Below are positions 28,910 to 44,700 of a stretch of 64,000 nt of DNA, piece by piece (position 1 is the stretch's first letter; every line of letters begins with the position of its first letter). The DNA is taken from NCBI RefSeq assembly GCF_009914755.1, contig NC_060933.1; one strand, 5' to 3'. The DNA is from the human T2T-CHM13v2.0 reference genome, Homo sapiens. A program made the position numbers and the translations under genes. The notes beneath the pieces were generated by a model, which saw only the letters and a program-made list of their open reading frames with translations, had not been told where the DNA came from and made no database searches.

Positions 28910-31200
28910 TCCATTCCGGAAGGTTCCATTCCATTGCATTCCATTCCATTCCATTCCATTGCACTCGCGTTGATTCCATTCCATTCCATTCCATTCCATT
29001 CCATTCCATTCCTTTCCGTTCCATTCCATTCCATTCCATTCCAATCCATTCCATTCCGTTCCGTTCCGTTCCATTCCATTCCATTCCATTCTATTCGGGT
29101 TAATTCCATTCGATTCCATTCGATTGCAATCGAGTTGATTCCATTCCATTCTATTCCATTCCATTCCATTCCATTCCATTCCTTTCCATTCCATTCCATT
29201 ACGGATGATTCCATTCCATTGCATTCCATTCCATTCCATTCCCCTGTACTCGGGTTGATTCCATTCCATTCCAATCCATGCCATTCCACTCGTGTTGATT
29301 CCATTCTTTCCATTCCATTGAAGTTGAATCCATTCCATTGCATTCCATTCCATTCCATTCCCCTGCAGTCGGGTTGATTCCATTCCATTCCATTCCATTC
29401 CATTCCATTCCATTCCATTCCGTTCCGTTCCATTCCATTCCATTCCATTCTATTCGGGTTAATTCCATTCCATTCCATTCCAATCGAGTTGATTCCATTC
29501 CATTCCATTCCATTCCATTCCACTCCATTCCAGTCCTTTCCATTCCATTCCACTCGGGTTGATTCCAATGTATTCCTTTCCATTCCATTCCATTCCATTG
29601 CAATCGAGTTGATTCCATTGCTTTGCATTCCATTCCATTCCATTCCGTCCCGTTCCATTCCATTCCATTCCATTCCATTCCATTCCATTCCATTCCTTTC
29701 CGTTCCATTCCATTCCATTCCATTCCATTCCAATCCATTCCATTCCGTTCCGTTCCGTTCCATTCCATTCTATTCCATTCTATTCGGGTTAATTCCATTC
29801 CATTCCATTCGATTGCAATCGAGTTGATTCCATTCCATTCCATTCCATTCCATTCCATTCCATTCCATTCCATTCCTTTCCATTCCATTACGGATGATTC
29901 CATTCCATTGCTTTCCATTCCATTCCATTCCCCTGTACTCGGGTTGATTCCATTCCATTCCATTCCAATCCATGCCATTCCACTCGTGTTGATTCCATTC
30001 TTTCCATTCCATTCAAGTTGAATCCATTCCATTGCATTCCATTCCATTCGATTCCATTCGATTGCACTCGGGTTGATTCCATTCCATTGCATTCCATTCC
30101 ATTCCATTCCATTCCATTCCATTCTATTCCGTTCCATTCCATTCCATTACATTCGGATTGATTCTATTCAATTCCCTTACACTCCATTACATTCCATTCC
30201 ATTCGGGTAGTTTCCATTCCATTCCATTCCATTCCTCTCCATTGCATTGCAATCGGGTTGATTCCATTCCATTGCATTCCATTCCATTCCATTCAATTCC
30301 ATTCCGTTCCATTCCATTCCATTACATTCGGATTGATTCTATTCAACTCCCTTACTCTCCATTACATTCCATTCCATTCGGGTTGTTCCATTCCATTCCA
30401 TTCCATTCCACTCCATTCCATTGCACTCGGGTTGATTCCATTCCATTCCATTCCATTCCATTCCATTCCATTCCGGAAGATTCCATTCCATTGCATTCCA
30501 ATCCATTCCATTCCATTGCACTCGCGTTGATTCCATTCCATTCCATTCCATTCCATTCCATTCCATTCCTTTCCGTTCCATTCCATTCCATTCCATTCCA
30601 ATCCATTCCATTCCGTTCCGTTCCGTTCCATTCCATTCCATTCCATTCTATTCGGGTTAATTCCATTCGATTCCTTTCGATTGCAATCGAGTTGATTCCA
30701 TTCCATTCTATTCCATTCCATTCCATTCCATTCCATTCCTTTCCATTCTATTCCATTACGGATGATTCCATTCCATTGCATTCCATTCCATTCCATTCCC
30801 CTGTACTCGGGTTGATTCCATTCCATTCCATTCCAATCCATGCCATTCCACTCGTGTTGATTCCATTCTTTCCATTCCATTGAAGTTGAATCCATTCCAT
30901 TGCATTCCATTCCATTCCATTCCCCTGCAGTCGGGTTGATTCCATTCCATTCCATTCCATTCCATTCCATTCCATTCCATTCCGTTCCGTTCCATTCCAT
31001 TCCATTCCATTCTATTCGGGTTAATTCCATTCCATTCCATTCCAATCGAGTTGATTCCATTCCATTCCTTTCCATTCCATTCCACTCCATTCCAGTCCTT
31101 TCCATTCCATTCCACTCGGGTTGATTCCAATGTATTCCTTTCCATTCCATTCCATTCCATTGCAATCGAGTTGATTCCATTGCTTTGCATTCCATTCCAT
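28910..31200 (+). repeat. Pair of ~0.73 kb duplicated blocks about 1.56 kb apart (28910-29640 and 30470-31200)
   Basis: Shared CCATTGCACTCGCG (no CCCCT), TAATTCCATTCGATTCC and CCATTGAAGTTG. ORFs 29338..29562 and 30900..31124 are nearly identical (offset 1562). Confidence 0.8.
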
Positions 31201-32750
31201 TCCATTCCATTCCGGATGATTCCATTCCATTGCATTCCATTCCATTCCATTCCCCTGCACTCGGGTTGATTCCATTTCATTCCAGTCCATTCCGCTCCAT
31301 TCCATTCCATTCCAATGTATTCGGGTTAATTCCATTCCATTCCATTCCATTCCATTCCATTCCATTACAATCGAGTTGATTCCATTCCATTCCATTCCAT
31401 TCCAGTCCTTTCCATTCCATTCCACTCGGGTTGATTCCATTCTATTAGTTTCCATTCCATTCCATTCCCTTCCATTCCACTCTGGTTGATACCATTCCTT
31501 TCCATTCCACTCGTATACATTCCCTCCTATTCCACTCGGAACGATTCCATTCCATTCCATTCCATTCCATTCCATTCCATTCCATTCCATTTCGTTCCAT
31601 TCCATTCTATTCCGTATCATTCCATTCCATTCCATTCGATTCCATTCCATTCCATTCCATTCCATTCCATTCCATTCCATTCCCTTTTACTCGGGTTGAT
31701 TCAATTCCATTGCATTCCATTCCATTCCATTCCATTCCATTCCATTCCATTCCGTTGCATTCCATTCCATTACATTCGGATTGATTCTATTCAACTCCCT
31801 TACTCTCCTTTACATTCCATTGCACTCGGGTTGATTCCATTCCATTCTATTACATTCCATTCCATTCCACTCCATTCCGGATGATTCCATTCCATTGCAT
31901 TCCGTTCCATTACATTCCCTTGCACTCGCGTTGATTCCATTCCATTCCATTCCATTCCATTCAATTCCATTCCATTACAATTCGTTCCATTCCATTCTAT
32001 TCCGTACCATTCCATTCCATTCCATACCATTCCATTCCATTCCATTCCATTCCATTCCGTTCCATTCCGTTCCATTCCGTTCCATTCCATTCCATTCCAT
32101 TCTATTCGGATTAATTCCATTCCATTCCATTCTATTCCATTCCATTGCAATCGAGTTGAATCCATTGCATTTCATTCCATTCCATTTCATTCCATTCCAT
32201 TCCGGAAGTTTCCATTCCATTACATTCCATTCCATTCCATTCCCCTACAGTCGCGTTGATTCCATTCCATTCCATTCCATTCCATTCCATTCCATTCCGT
32301 TCCGTTCCATTCCATTCCATTTCATTCCGTTCCGTTCCATTCTATTCCATTCCATTCCATTCTATTCGGGTTAATTCCATTCCATTCCATTCGATTGTAA
32401 TCGAGTTGATTCCATTCCATTCCATTCCATTCCATTCCATTCCATTCCATTCCTTTCCATTCCATTACGGATGATTCCATTCCATTGCATTCCATTGCAT
32501 TCCATTCCCCTGTACTCGGGTTGATTCCATTCCATTCCATTCCAATCCATGCCATTCCACTCGTGTTGATTCCATTCTTTCCATTCCATTCAAGTTGAAT
32601 CCATTCCATTGCATTCCATTCCATTCGATTCCATTCGATTGCACTCGGGTTGATTCAATTCCATTGCATTCCATTCCATTCCATTCCATTCCATTCCATT
32701 CCATTCCATTCCGTTGCATTCCATTCCATTCCATTCGGATTGATTCTATT
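30150..32750 (+). repeat. ~2.6 kb block duplicated at ~45790-48450 (offset ~15.65-15.7 kb); right part also at ~59580-60750
   Basis: Shared variants: CTCCATTGCATTGCAATCGGG (~30237/45882), CCGCTCC (31292/46957), GTTGATACC, CCCCTACAGTCGCG (32242/47942/60234) and CGATTGTAATCG. Confidence 0.8.
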
Positions 32751-35700
32751 CAACTCCCTTACTCTCCATTACATTCCATTCCATTCGGGTTGTTCCATTC
32801 CATTCCATTCCATTCCACTCCATTCCATTGCACTCGGGTTGATTCCATTCCATTCCATTCCATTCCATTCCATTCCATTCCGTTCCGTTCCATTCCATTC
32901 CATTCCATTCCATTCCATTCCATTCCTTTCCGTTCCATTCCATTCCATTCCATTCCATTCCAGTCCATTCCATTCCGTTCCGTTCCGTTCCATTCCATTC
33001 CATTCCATTCTATTCGGGTTAATTCCATTCCATTCCATTCGATTGCAATCGAGTTGATTCCATTCCATTCCATTCCATTCCATTCCATTCCATTCCTTTC
33101 CATTCCATTACGGATGATTCCATTCCATTGCATTCCATTCCATTCCATTCCCCTGTACTCGGGTTGATTCCATTCCATTCCATTCCAATCCATGCCATTC
33201 CACTCGTGTTGATTCCATTCTTTCCATTCCATTCAAGTTGATTCCATTCCATTGCATTCCATTCCATTCCATTCCCCTGCAGTCGGGTTGTTTCCATTCC
33301 ATTCCATTCCATTCCATTCCATTCCGTTCCGTTCCGTTCCGTTCCATTCCATTCCATTCCATTCTATTCGGGTTAATTCCATTCCATTCCATTCCATTCC
33401 ATTCGAGTTGATTCCATTCCATTCCATTCCATTCCATTCCACTCCATTCCAGTCGTTTCCATTCCATTCCACTCGGGTTGATTCCAATGTATTCCTTTCC
33501 ATTCCATTCCATTCCATTGCAATGGAGTTGATTCCATTGCTTTGCATTCCATTGCATTCCATTCCATTCCGGATGATTCCATTCCATTGCATTCCATTCC
33601 TTTCCATTCCCCTGCACTCGGGTTGATTCCATTCCATTCCACTCCATTCCGTTCCATTCCATTCCATTGCATTGTATTCGGGTTAATTCCATTCCATTCC
33701 ATTCCTTTCCATTCCATTCCATTACAATCTAGTTTATTCCATTCCATTCCATTCCATTCCAGTCCTTTCCATTCCATTCCTCTCGGGTTGATTCCATTCT
33801 ATTAGTTTACATTCCATTCCATTCCCTTCCATTCTACTCTGATTGATTCCATTCCTTTCCATTCCACTCGAATACATTCCCTCCTATTCCACTCAGAACG
33901 ATTCCATTCCATTCCATTCCATTCCATTTCGTTCCATTCCATTCTATTCCGTATTATTCCATTCCATTCCATTCGATTCCATTCCATTCCATTCCATTCC
34001 ATTCCATTCCATTGTACTCAGTTTGATTCAATTCCATTGCATTCCATTCCATTCCATTCCATTCCATTCCATTCCATTCCATTCCGTTGCATTCCATTCC
34101 ATTACATTCGGATTGATTCTATTCAACTCCCTTACTCTCCATTACATTCCATTCCATTCGGGTTGTTCCATTCCATTCCATTCCATTCCACTCCATTCCA
34201 TTGCACTCGGGTTGATTCCATTCCATTCCATTCCATTCCATTCCATTCCATTCCATTCCGTTCCGGATGATTCCATTCCATTGCATTCCGTTCCATTACA
34301 TTCCCCTGCACTCGGGTTTATTCCATTCCATTGCATTCCATTCCATTCCATTCCATTCCATTCCATTCCATTCCATTCCATTCCATTCCGTTCCATTCCA
34401 TTACATTCGGATTGATTCTATTCAACTCCCTTACTCTCCATTACATTCCATTCCATTCGTGTTGTTCCATTCCATTCCATTCCATTCCACTCCATTCCAT
34501 TGCGCTCGGGTTGATTCCATTCCATTCCATTCCATTCCATTCCATTCCATTCCATTCCATTCCATTCCGGATGATTCCATTCCATTGCATTCCGTTCCAT
34601 TACATTCCCCTGCACTCGGGTTGATTCCATTCCATTCCATTCCATTCCATTCGATTCCATTCCATTCCAATTCTTTCCATTCCATTCTATTCCGTACCAT
34701 TCCATTCCATTCCATACAATTCCATTCCATTCCATTCCACTCTGTTCCGTTCCGTTCCGTTCTGTTCCGTTCCATTCCATTCCATTCCATTCTCTTTGGT
34801 TTAATTCCATTCCATTCCATTCCATTCCATTCCATTCCATTCCATTCTATTCCATTCCATTGCAATCGAGTTGAATCCATTGCATTCCATTCCATTCCAT
34901 TCCATTCCATTCCATTCAATTCCGGAAGATTCCATTCCATTGCATTCCATTCCATTCCATTGCATTCCATTCCATTCCATTCCATTCCATTCCATTCCAT
35001 TCCATTCCATTCCATTGTACTCGGGTTGATTCCATTCCATTGCTTTCCATTCCATTCCATTTCATTCCATTCCATTGCGTTCCATTCCATTCCATTACAT
35101 TCGGATTGATACTTTTCAACTCCCTTACTCTCCATTACATTCCATTGCATTCGGGTTGTTCCATTCCATTCCTTTCCATTGCACTTCATTCAATTGCACT
35201 CTGGTTGATTCCATTCCATTCCATTCCATTCCATTCCAGATGATTCCATTCCATTGCATTCCGTTCCATTACGTTCCCCTGCACTCGGGTTGATTCCATT
35301 CCATTACTTTCCATTCCATTCGATTCCATTCCATTCCCCTGCACTCGCGTTGATTCCATTGCATTCCATTCCGTTCCATTCCATTCCATTCCATTCCTTT
35401 CCGTTCCATTCCATTCCATTCCATTCCATTCCATTCCGTTCCATTCCATTCCATTCCATTCCTTTCCGTTCCATTCCATTCCATTCCATTCCATTCCATT
35501 CCATTCCATTCCATTCCACTCCGTTCCATTCCATTCAATTCCATTCTATTCCGGTTAATTCCATTCCATTCCATTCCATTCCATTCCATTCCATTCCATT
35601 CCATTGCAATCGAGTTGATTCCATTCCATTCCTTTCCAATCCATTCCATTGCCTTGCATTCCATTCGGGTTGATTCCATTCCCTTCTTTCCACTCCATTA

Positions 35701-38700
35701 CATTCCCTTCCATTCCACTCGGAATGATTGATTCCATTCCATTCCATTCCATTTCATTCCATTGCAATCCATTCCAATCCATTCCATTCCATTCCATTCC
35801 AATCGAGTTGACTTCATTCCATTCCTTTCCATTCCATTCCATTCCTTTCCACTCGAGTTGATTCCATTCCATTCCAATCCATTGCAATCCATTCCATGCC
35901 ATTCCACTCGGGTTGATTCCATTCCTTTCCATTCCATTCCATTCCTTTCCATTCCATTCCATTCCATTCCATTCCATTCCTTTACATTACATTACGGATG
36001 ATTCCATTCCATTGCATTCCTTTCCATTCCATTCCCCTGTACTCGGGTTGATTCGATTCCATTCCATTCCATTCCATGCCATTCCACTCGTGTTGATTCC
36101 ATTCTTTCCATTCCATTGAAGTTGAATCCATTGCATTGCATTCCATTCCATTCGATTCCATTCGATTGCACTCGGGTTGATTCCATTCCATTGCATTCCA
36201 TTCCATTCCAATCCATTCTGTTCCATTCCATTCCATTACATTCGGATTGATTCTATTCAATTCCCTTACACTCCATTACATTCCATTCCATTCGGGTAGT
36301 TTCCATTCCATTCCATTCCATGCCTCTCCATTCCATTGCACTCGGGTTGATTCCATTCCATTCCATTCCATTCCATTCCATTCCATTCCATTCCATTACG
36401 GATGATTCCATTCCATTGCATTACATTCCATTCCATTCCCCTGTACTCGGGCTGATTCCATTCCATTCCATTCCATACCATTCCATTCCATTCCATTCCA
36501 TTCCATTCCGTTCCATTCCGTTCCATTCCATTCCATTCCATTCTATTCGTGTTAATTCCATTCCATTCTATTCCATTCCAGTCCATTGAAATCGAGTTGA
36601 TTCCATTCCATTCCATTCCATTCCATTCAATTCCATTCCATTCCATACCATTCCATTCCATTCCATTCCATTCCGTTCCATTCCGTTCCATTCCATTCCA
36701 TTCTATTGCATTCCATTGCAATCGAGTTGAATCCATTGCATTTCATTCCATTCCATTCCATTCCATTCCATTCCATTCCGGAAGATTCCATTCCATTGCA
36801 TTCCATTCCATTCCATTCCCCTGCACTCGCGTTGATTCCATTCCATTCCATTCCATTCCATTCCATTCCGTTCCGTTCCGCTCCGTTCCATTTCATTCCA
36901 TTCCATTCCATTCCATTCCGTTCCGTTCCATTCCATTCCATTCCATTCCACTCTATTCGGGTTAATTCCATTCCATTCCATTCGATTGCAATCGAGTTGA
37001 TTCCATTCCATTCCATTCCATTCCATTCCATTCCTTTCCCCTGTACTCGGGTTGATTCCATTCCATTCCATTCCAATCCATGCCATTCCACTCGTGTTGA
37101 TTCCATTTTTTCCATTCCATTCAAGATGAATCCATTCCATTGCATTCCATTCCATTCGATTCCATTCGTTTGCACTCGTGTTGATTCCATGGCATTGCAT
37201 TCCATTTCATTGCATTCCATTTCATTCCATTCCATTCCTTTCCATTCCATTCCATTCCATTCGGATTCATTCTATTCAATTCCCTTACACTCCATTACAT
37301 TACATTCCATTCGGGTTGTTCCATTCTATTCCATTCCATTCCACTCCATTCCATTGCACTGGGGTTGATTCCATTCCATTCCTTTCCATTCCATTCCATT
37401 CCATTCCGGATGATTCCATTCCATTGCATTCCGTTCCATTCCATTCCCCTGCAGTCGCGTTGATTCCATTCCATTCCATTCCATTCCATTCCATTCCATT
37501 CCATTCCATTCCATTGTACTCGGGTTGATTCCATTCCATTGCGTTCCATTCCATTCCATTCCATTCCATTCCATTCTATTCCATTCCATTCCGTTGCTTT
37601 CCATTCCATTACATTCGGATTGATTCTATTCAACTCCCTTACTCTCCATTACATTCCATTCCATTCGGGTTCTTCCATTCCATTCCATTCCATTCCACTC
37701 CATTCCATTGCACTCGGGTTGATTCCATTCCATTCCATTCCATTCCATTCATTCCGGATGATTCCATTCCATTGCATTCCGTTCCATTACATTCCCCTGC
37801 ACTCGCGTTGATTCCATTCCATTCCATTCCATTCCATTCAATTCCATTCCATTACAATTCGTTCCATTCCATTCTATTCCGTACCATTCCATTCCATTCC
37901 ATACAATTCCATTCCATTCCATTCCATTCCATTCCGTTCCATTCCGTTCCATTCCATTCCATTCCATTCTATTCGGGTTAATTCCATTCCATTCCATTCC
38001 GTTCCATTCCATTGCATTCCATTCCATTGCATTCCATTCCGTTCCATTCCGTTCCATTCCATTCCATTCCATTCTATTCGGGTTAATTCCATTCCATTCC
38101 ATTCCATTCCATTCCATTCCATTCTATTCCATTCCATTGCAATCGAGTTGAATCCATTGCATTTCATTCCATTCCATTCCATTCCATTCCATTCCGGAAG
38201 ATTCCACTCCATTGCATTCCATTCCATTCCATTCCCCTGCACTCGCGTTGATTCCATTCCATTCCATTCCATTCCATTCCATTCCATTCCGTTCCGTTCC
38301 GTTCCATTCCATTCCATTCCATTCCGTTCCGTTCCATTCCATTCCATTCCATTCCATTCTATTCGGGTTAATTCCATTCCATTCCATTCGATTGCAATCG
38401 AGTTGATTCCATTCCATTCCATTCCATTCCATTCCATTCCATTCCTTTCCATTACATTACGGATGATTCCATTCCATTCCATTCCATTCCATTCCTTTCC
38501 CCTGTACTCGGGTTGATTCCATTCCATTCCATTCCAATCCATGCCATTCCACTCGTGTTGATTCCATTCTTTCCATTCCATTCAAGATGAATCCATTCCA
38601 TTGCATTCCATTCCATTCGATTCCATTCGTTTGCACTCGTGTTGATTCCATGGCATTGCATTCCATTCCATTCCATTCCATTCCATTCCATTCCATTCCA

Positions 38701-41700
38701 TTCCTTTCCATTCCATTCCATTCCATTCGGATTCATTCTATTCAATTCCCTTACACTCCATTACATTCCATTCCATTCGGGTTGTTCCATTCCATTCCAT
38801 TCCATTCCACTCCATTCCATTGCACTCGGGTTGATTCCATTCCATTCCTTTCCATTCCATTCCATTCCATTCCGGATGATTCCATTCCATTGCATTCCGT
38901 TCCATTCCATTCCCCTGCACTCGCGTTGATTCCATTCCATTCCATTCCATTCCATTCAATTCCATTCCATTACAATTCGTTCCATTCCTTTCTATTCCGT
39001 ACCATTCCATTCAATTCCATACCATTCCATTCCATTCCATTCCATTCCATTCAGTTCCATTCCGTTCCATTCCATTCCATTCCATTTTATTCGGGTTAAT
39101 TCCATTCCATTCCATTCCATTCCATTCCATTCTATTCCATTCCATTGCAGTCGAGTTGAATCCATTGCATTTCATTCCATTCCATTCCATTCCATTCCAT
39201 TCCGGAAGATTCCATTCCACTGCATTCCATTCCATTCCATTCCATTCCATTCCATTCCATTCCGTTCCATTCCATTACATTCGGATTGATTCTATTCAAT
39301 TCCCTTACACTGCATTCCATTCCATTCCATTCGGGTAGTTTCCATTCCATTCCATTCCATTCCTCTCCATTCCATTGCACTCGGGTTGATTCCATTCCAT
39401 TGCATTCCATTCCATTCCATTCAATTCCATTCCGTTCCATTCCATTCCATTATATTCGGATTGATTCTATTCAACTCCCTTACGCTCCATTACATTCCAT
39501 TGCATTCGGGTTGTTCCATTCCATTCTACTCCATTCCATTGCACTCGGGTTGATTCCGTTCCATTCCATTCCATTCCTTTCCATTCCATTCCGGAAGATT
39601 CCACTCCATTGCATTCCATTCCATTCCATTCCCCTGCACTCACGTTGATTCCATTCCATTCCACTCCATTCCATTCCATTCAATTCCTTTCGGTTCCATT
39701 CCATTCCATTCCATTCCATTACATTCCATTCCGTTCCGTTCCATTCCATTCCATTCCATTCTATTCGGGTTAATTCCATTCCATTCCATTCGATTGCAAT
39801 CGAGTTGATTCCATTCCATTCCATTCCATTCCATTCCATTCCATTCCATTCCATTCCTTTCTATTCCATTACGGTTGATTCCATTCCATTGCATTCCATT
39901 CCATTCCATTCCCCTGTACTCGGGTTGATTCCATTCCCTTCCATTCCAATCCATGCCATTCCACTCGTGTTGATTCCATTCTTTCCATTCCATTCAAGTT
40001 GAATCTATTCCATTGCATTCCATTCCATTCCATTCCCCTGAAGTCGGGTTGATTCCATTCCATTCCATTCCATTCAATTCCATTCCATTCCATTCCATTC
40101 CTTTCCATTACATTACGGATGGTTCCATTCCACTTCATTCCATTCCATTCCTTTCCATTACATTACGGATGATTCCATTCCATTTCATTCCATTCCATTC
40201 CATTCCCCAGTACTCGGGTTGATGCCATTCCATTCCATTCCAATCCATGGCATTCCACTCGTGTTGATTCCATTCTTTCCATTCCATTCAAGATGAATCC
40301 ATTCCATTGCATTCCATTCCATTCGATTCCATTCGTTTGCACTCGTGTTGATTCCATGGCATTGCATTCCATTCCGTTCCATTCCATTCCTTTCCATTCC
40401 ATTCAATTCCTTTCCATTCCATTCCATTCCATTCGGATTCATTCTATTCAATTCCCTTACACTCCATTACGTTACATTCCATTCGGGTTGTTCCATTCCA
40501 TTCCATTCCATTTCACTCCATTCCATTGCACTCCGGTTGATTCCATTCCATTCCATTCCATTCCATTCCGGATGATTCCATTCCATTGCATTCCGTTCTA
40601 TTCCATTCCCCTGCACTCGCGCTGATTCCATTCCATTCCATTCAATTCCATTCCATTACAATTCGTTCCATTCCATTCTATTCCGTACCATTCCATTCAA
40701 TTCCATACCATTCCATTCCATTCCATTCCATTCCATTCCATTCAGTTCCATTCCGTTCCATTCTATTCCATTCCATTCTATTCGGGTTAATTCCATTCCA
40801 TTCCATTCCATTCCATTCCATTCCATTCCATTCCATTCCATTCTATTCCATTCCATTGCAATCGAGTTGAATCCATTGCATTTCATTCCATTCCATTCCA
40901 TTCCATTCCATTCCATTCCGGAAAATTCCATTCCATTGCATTCCTTTCATTCCATTCCCCTGCACTCGCGTTGATTCCATTCCATTCCATTCCATTCCAT
41001 TCCATTCCGTTCCGTTCCGTACCATTCCATTCCATTCCATTCCATTCCATTTCGTTCCGTTCCATTCCATTCCATTCCATTCTATTCGGGTTATTTCCAT
41101 TCCATTACATTCGATTGCAATCGAGTTGATTCCATTCCATTCCATTCCATTCCATTCCATTCCATTCCATTCCATTCCATTCCATTCCATTACGGATGAT
41201 TCCATTCCATTGCATTCCATTCCATTCCATTCCCCTGTACTCGGGTTGACTCCATTCCCTTCCATTCCAATCCATGCCATTCCACTCGTGTTGATTCCAT
41301 TCTTTCCATTCCATTCAAGTTGAATCCATTCCATTGCATTCCATTCCATTCCATTCCCCTGCAATCGGATTGATTCCAATCCATTCCATTCCATTTCATT
41401 CCATTCCATTCCGTTCCGTTCCGTTCCGTTCTGTTCCATTCCATTCCATTCCATTCTATTCGGTTTAATTCCATTCCATTCCATTCCATTCCATTCCATT
41501 CCATTCCATACCAATCGAGTTGATTCCATTCCATTCCATTCCACTCCATTCCAGTCCTTTCCATTCCATTCCACTCGGGTTGATTGCATTCTATTCCTTT
41601 CCATTCCATTCCATTCCATTGCAATCGAGTTGATTCCATTGCTTTGCATTCCATTCCTTTCCATTCCATTCCGGACGATTCCATTCCATTGCATTCCATT

Positions 41701-44700
41701 CCATTCCATTCCCCTGCACTCGGGTTGATTCCATTCCATTCCACTCCATTCCGTTCCATTCCATTCCATTCCATTGTATTCGGGTTAATTCCATTCCATT
41801 CCATTCCAGTCCTTTCCATTCCATTCCACTCATGTGGATTCCTTTCTATTTGTTTCCATTCCATTCCATTCCCTTCCAATCCACTCTGGCTGATTCCATT
41901 CCTTTCCATTCCACTCGAATACATTCCCTCTTATTCCACTCGGAACGATTCCATTCCATTCCATTCCATTCCATTCCATTCTATTCCATTCCATTCCATT
42001 TCGTTCCATTCCATTCTGTTTCGTACATTCCATTCCATTCCATTCCATTCCACTCGTGTTTATTCCATTCCTTTCCATTCCATTCGGTTTGAAGGCATTC
42101 CATTCCATTCAATTCCATTCCATTTCATTCCATTCCATTCCATTCCATTCCATTCCATTCCATTCCATTCCAATGTACTCGGGTTGATTCCATTCCATTT
42201 CATTCCATTCCATTCCATTCCATTCCATTCCATTCCATTCCATTCCGTTGCTTTCCATTCCATTACATTCGGATTGATTCTATTCAACTCCCTTACTCTC
42301 CATTACATTCCATTCCATTCGGGTTGTTCCATTCCATTCCATTCCATTCCACTCCATTCCATTGCACTCGGGTTGATTCCATTCCATTCCATTCCATTCC
42401 ATTCCATTCCATTCCATTCCGGATGATTCCATTCCATTGCATTCCGTTCCATTATATTCCCCTGCACTCGCGTTGATTCCCTTCCATTCCATTCCATTCC
42501 ATTCAATTCCATTCCATTACAATTCGTTCCATTCCATTCTATTCCATACCATTCCATTCCATTCCATTCCATACCATTCCATTCCATTCCATTCCATTGC
42601 ATTCCATTCCATTCCGTTCCATTCCGTTCCATTCCATTCCATTACATTCTACTCGGGTTAATTCCATTCCATTCCATTCCATTCCATTCCATTCCATTCC
42701 ATTCCATTCTATTCCATTCCATTGCAATCGAGTTGAATCCATTGCATTTCATTCCATTCCATTCCATTCCATTCCATTGCATTCCATTCCATTCCATTCC
42801 CCTGCACTCGCGTTGATTCCATTCCATTCCATTCCATTCCATTCCATTCCATTCCATTCCGTTCCGTTCCGTTCCGTTCCATTCCATTCCATTCCATTCC
42901 ATTCCATTCCGTTCCGTTCCATTCCATTCCATTCCATTCCATTCTATTCGGGTTAATTCCATTCCATTCCATTCGATTGCAATCGAGTTGATTCCATTCC
43001 ATTCCATTCCATTCCATTCCATTCCATTCCATTCCATTCCTTTCCATTACATTACGGATGATTCCATTCCATTTCATTCCATTCCATTCCATTCCCCTGT
43101 ACTCGGGTTGATTCCATTCCATTCCATTCCAATCCATGGCATTCCACTCGTGTTGACTCCATTCTTGCCATTCCATTCAAGATGAATCCATTCCATTGTA
43201 TTCCATTCCATTCGATTCCATTCGTTTGCACTCGTGTTGATTCCATGGCATTGTATTCCATTCCATTCCATTCCATTCCATTCCTTTCCTTTCCATTCCA
43301 TTCCATTACATTCGGATTCATTCTATTCAATTCCCTTACACTCCATTACATTACATTCCAGTCGGGTTGTTCCATTCCATTCCATTCCATTCCACTCCAT
43401 TCCATTGCACTCGGGTTGATTCCATTCCATTCCATTCCATTCCATTCCGGATGATTCCATTCCATTGCATTCCGTTCCATTCCATTCCCCTGCACTCGCG
43501 CTGATTCCATTCCATTCCATTCCATTCCATTCCATTCCATTCCTTTACAATTCGTTCTATTCCATTCTATTCCGTACCATTCCATTCAATTCCATACCAT
43601 TCCATTCCATTAAATTCCATTCCATTCCATTCAGTTCCATTGCATTCCATTCCATTCCATTCCATTCTATTCGGGTTAATTCCATTCCATTCCATTCCAT
43701 TCCATTCCATTCCATTCCATTCTATTCCATTCCATTGCAATCGAGTTGAATCCATTGCATTTCATTCCATTCCATTCCATTGCATTCCGGAAGATTCCAT
43801 TCCATTGCATTCCATTCCATTCCATTCCCCTGCACTCGCGTTGATTCCATTCCATTCCATTCCATTCCATTCCATTCCGTTCCGTTCCGTAACATTCCAT
43901 TCCATTCCATTCCATTCCATTCCGTTCCGTTCCATTCCATTCCATTCCATTCTATTTGGGTTAATTCCATTCCATTCCATTCGATTGCAATCGAGTTGAT
44001 TCCATTCCATTCCATTCCATTCCATTCCATTCCATTCCATTCCTTTCCATTCCATTACGGATGATTCCATTCCATTGCATTCCATTCCATTCCATTCCCC
44101 TGTACTCGGGTTGATTCCATTCCATTCCATTCAAATCCATGCCATTCCACTCGGGTTGATTCCATTCTTTCCATTCCATTCAAGTTGAATCCATTCCATT
44201 GCATTCCATTCCATTGGATTCCATTGGATTGCACTCGGGTTGATTCCATTCCATTGCATTCCATTCCATTCCATTCCATTCCATTCCGTTCCATTCCGTT
44301 CCATTCCATTACATTCGGATTGATTCTATTCAATTCCCTTACACTGCATTCCATTCCATTCCATTCGGGTAGTTTCCATTCCATTCCATTACATTCCTCT
44401 CCATTCCATTGCACTCGGGTTGATTCCATTCCATTGCATTCCATTGCATTCCATTCAATTCCATTCCGTTCCATTACATTCCATTACATTCGGATTGATT
44501 CTATTCAACTCCCTTACTCTCCATTACATTCCATTCCATTCGGGTTGTTCCATTCCATTCCACTCCATTCCATTGCACTCGGGTTGATTCCATTCCATTC
44601 CATTCCATTCCATTCCATTCCATTCCATTCCGGAAGATTCCATTCCATTGCATTCCATTCCATTCCATTCCCCTGCACTCGCGTTGATTCCATTTCATTC

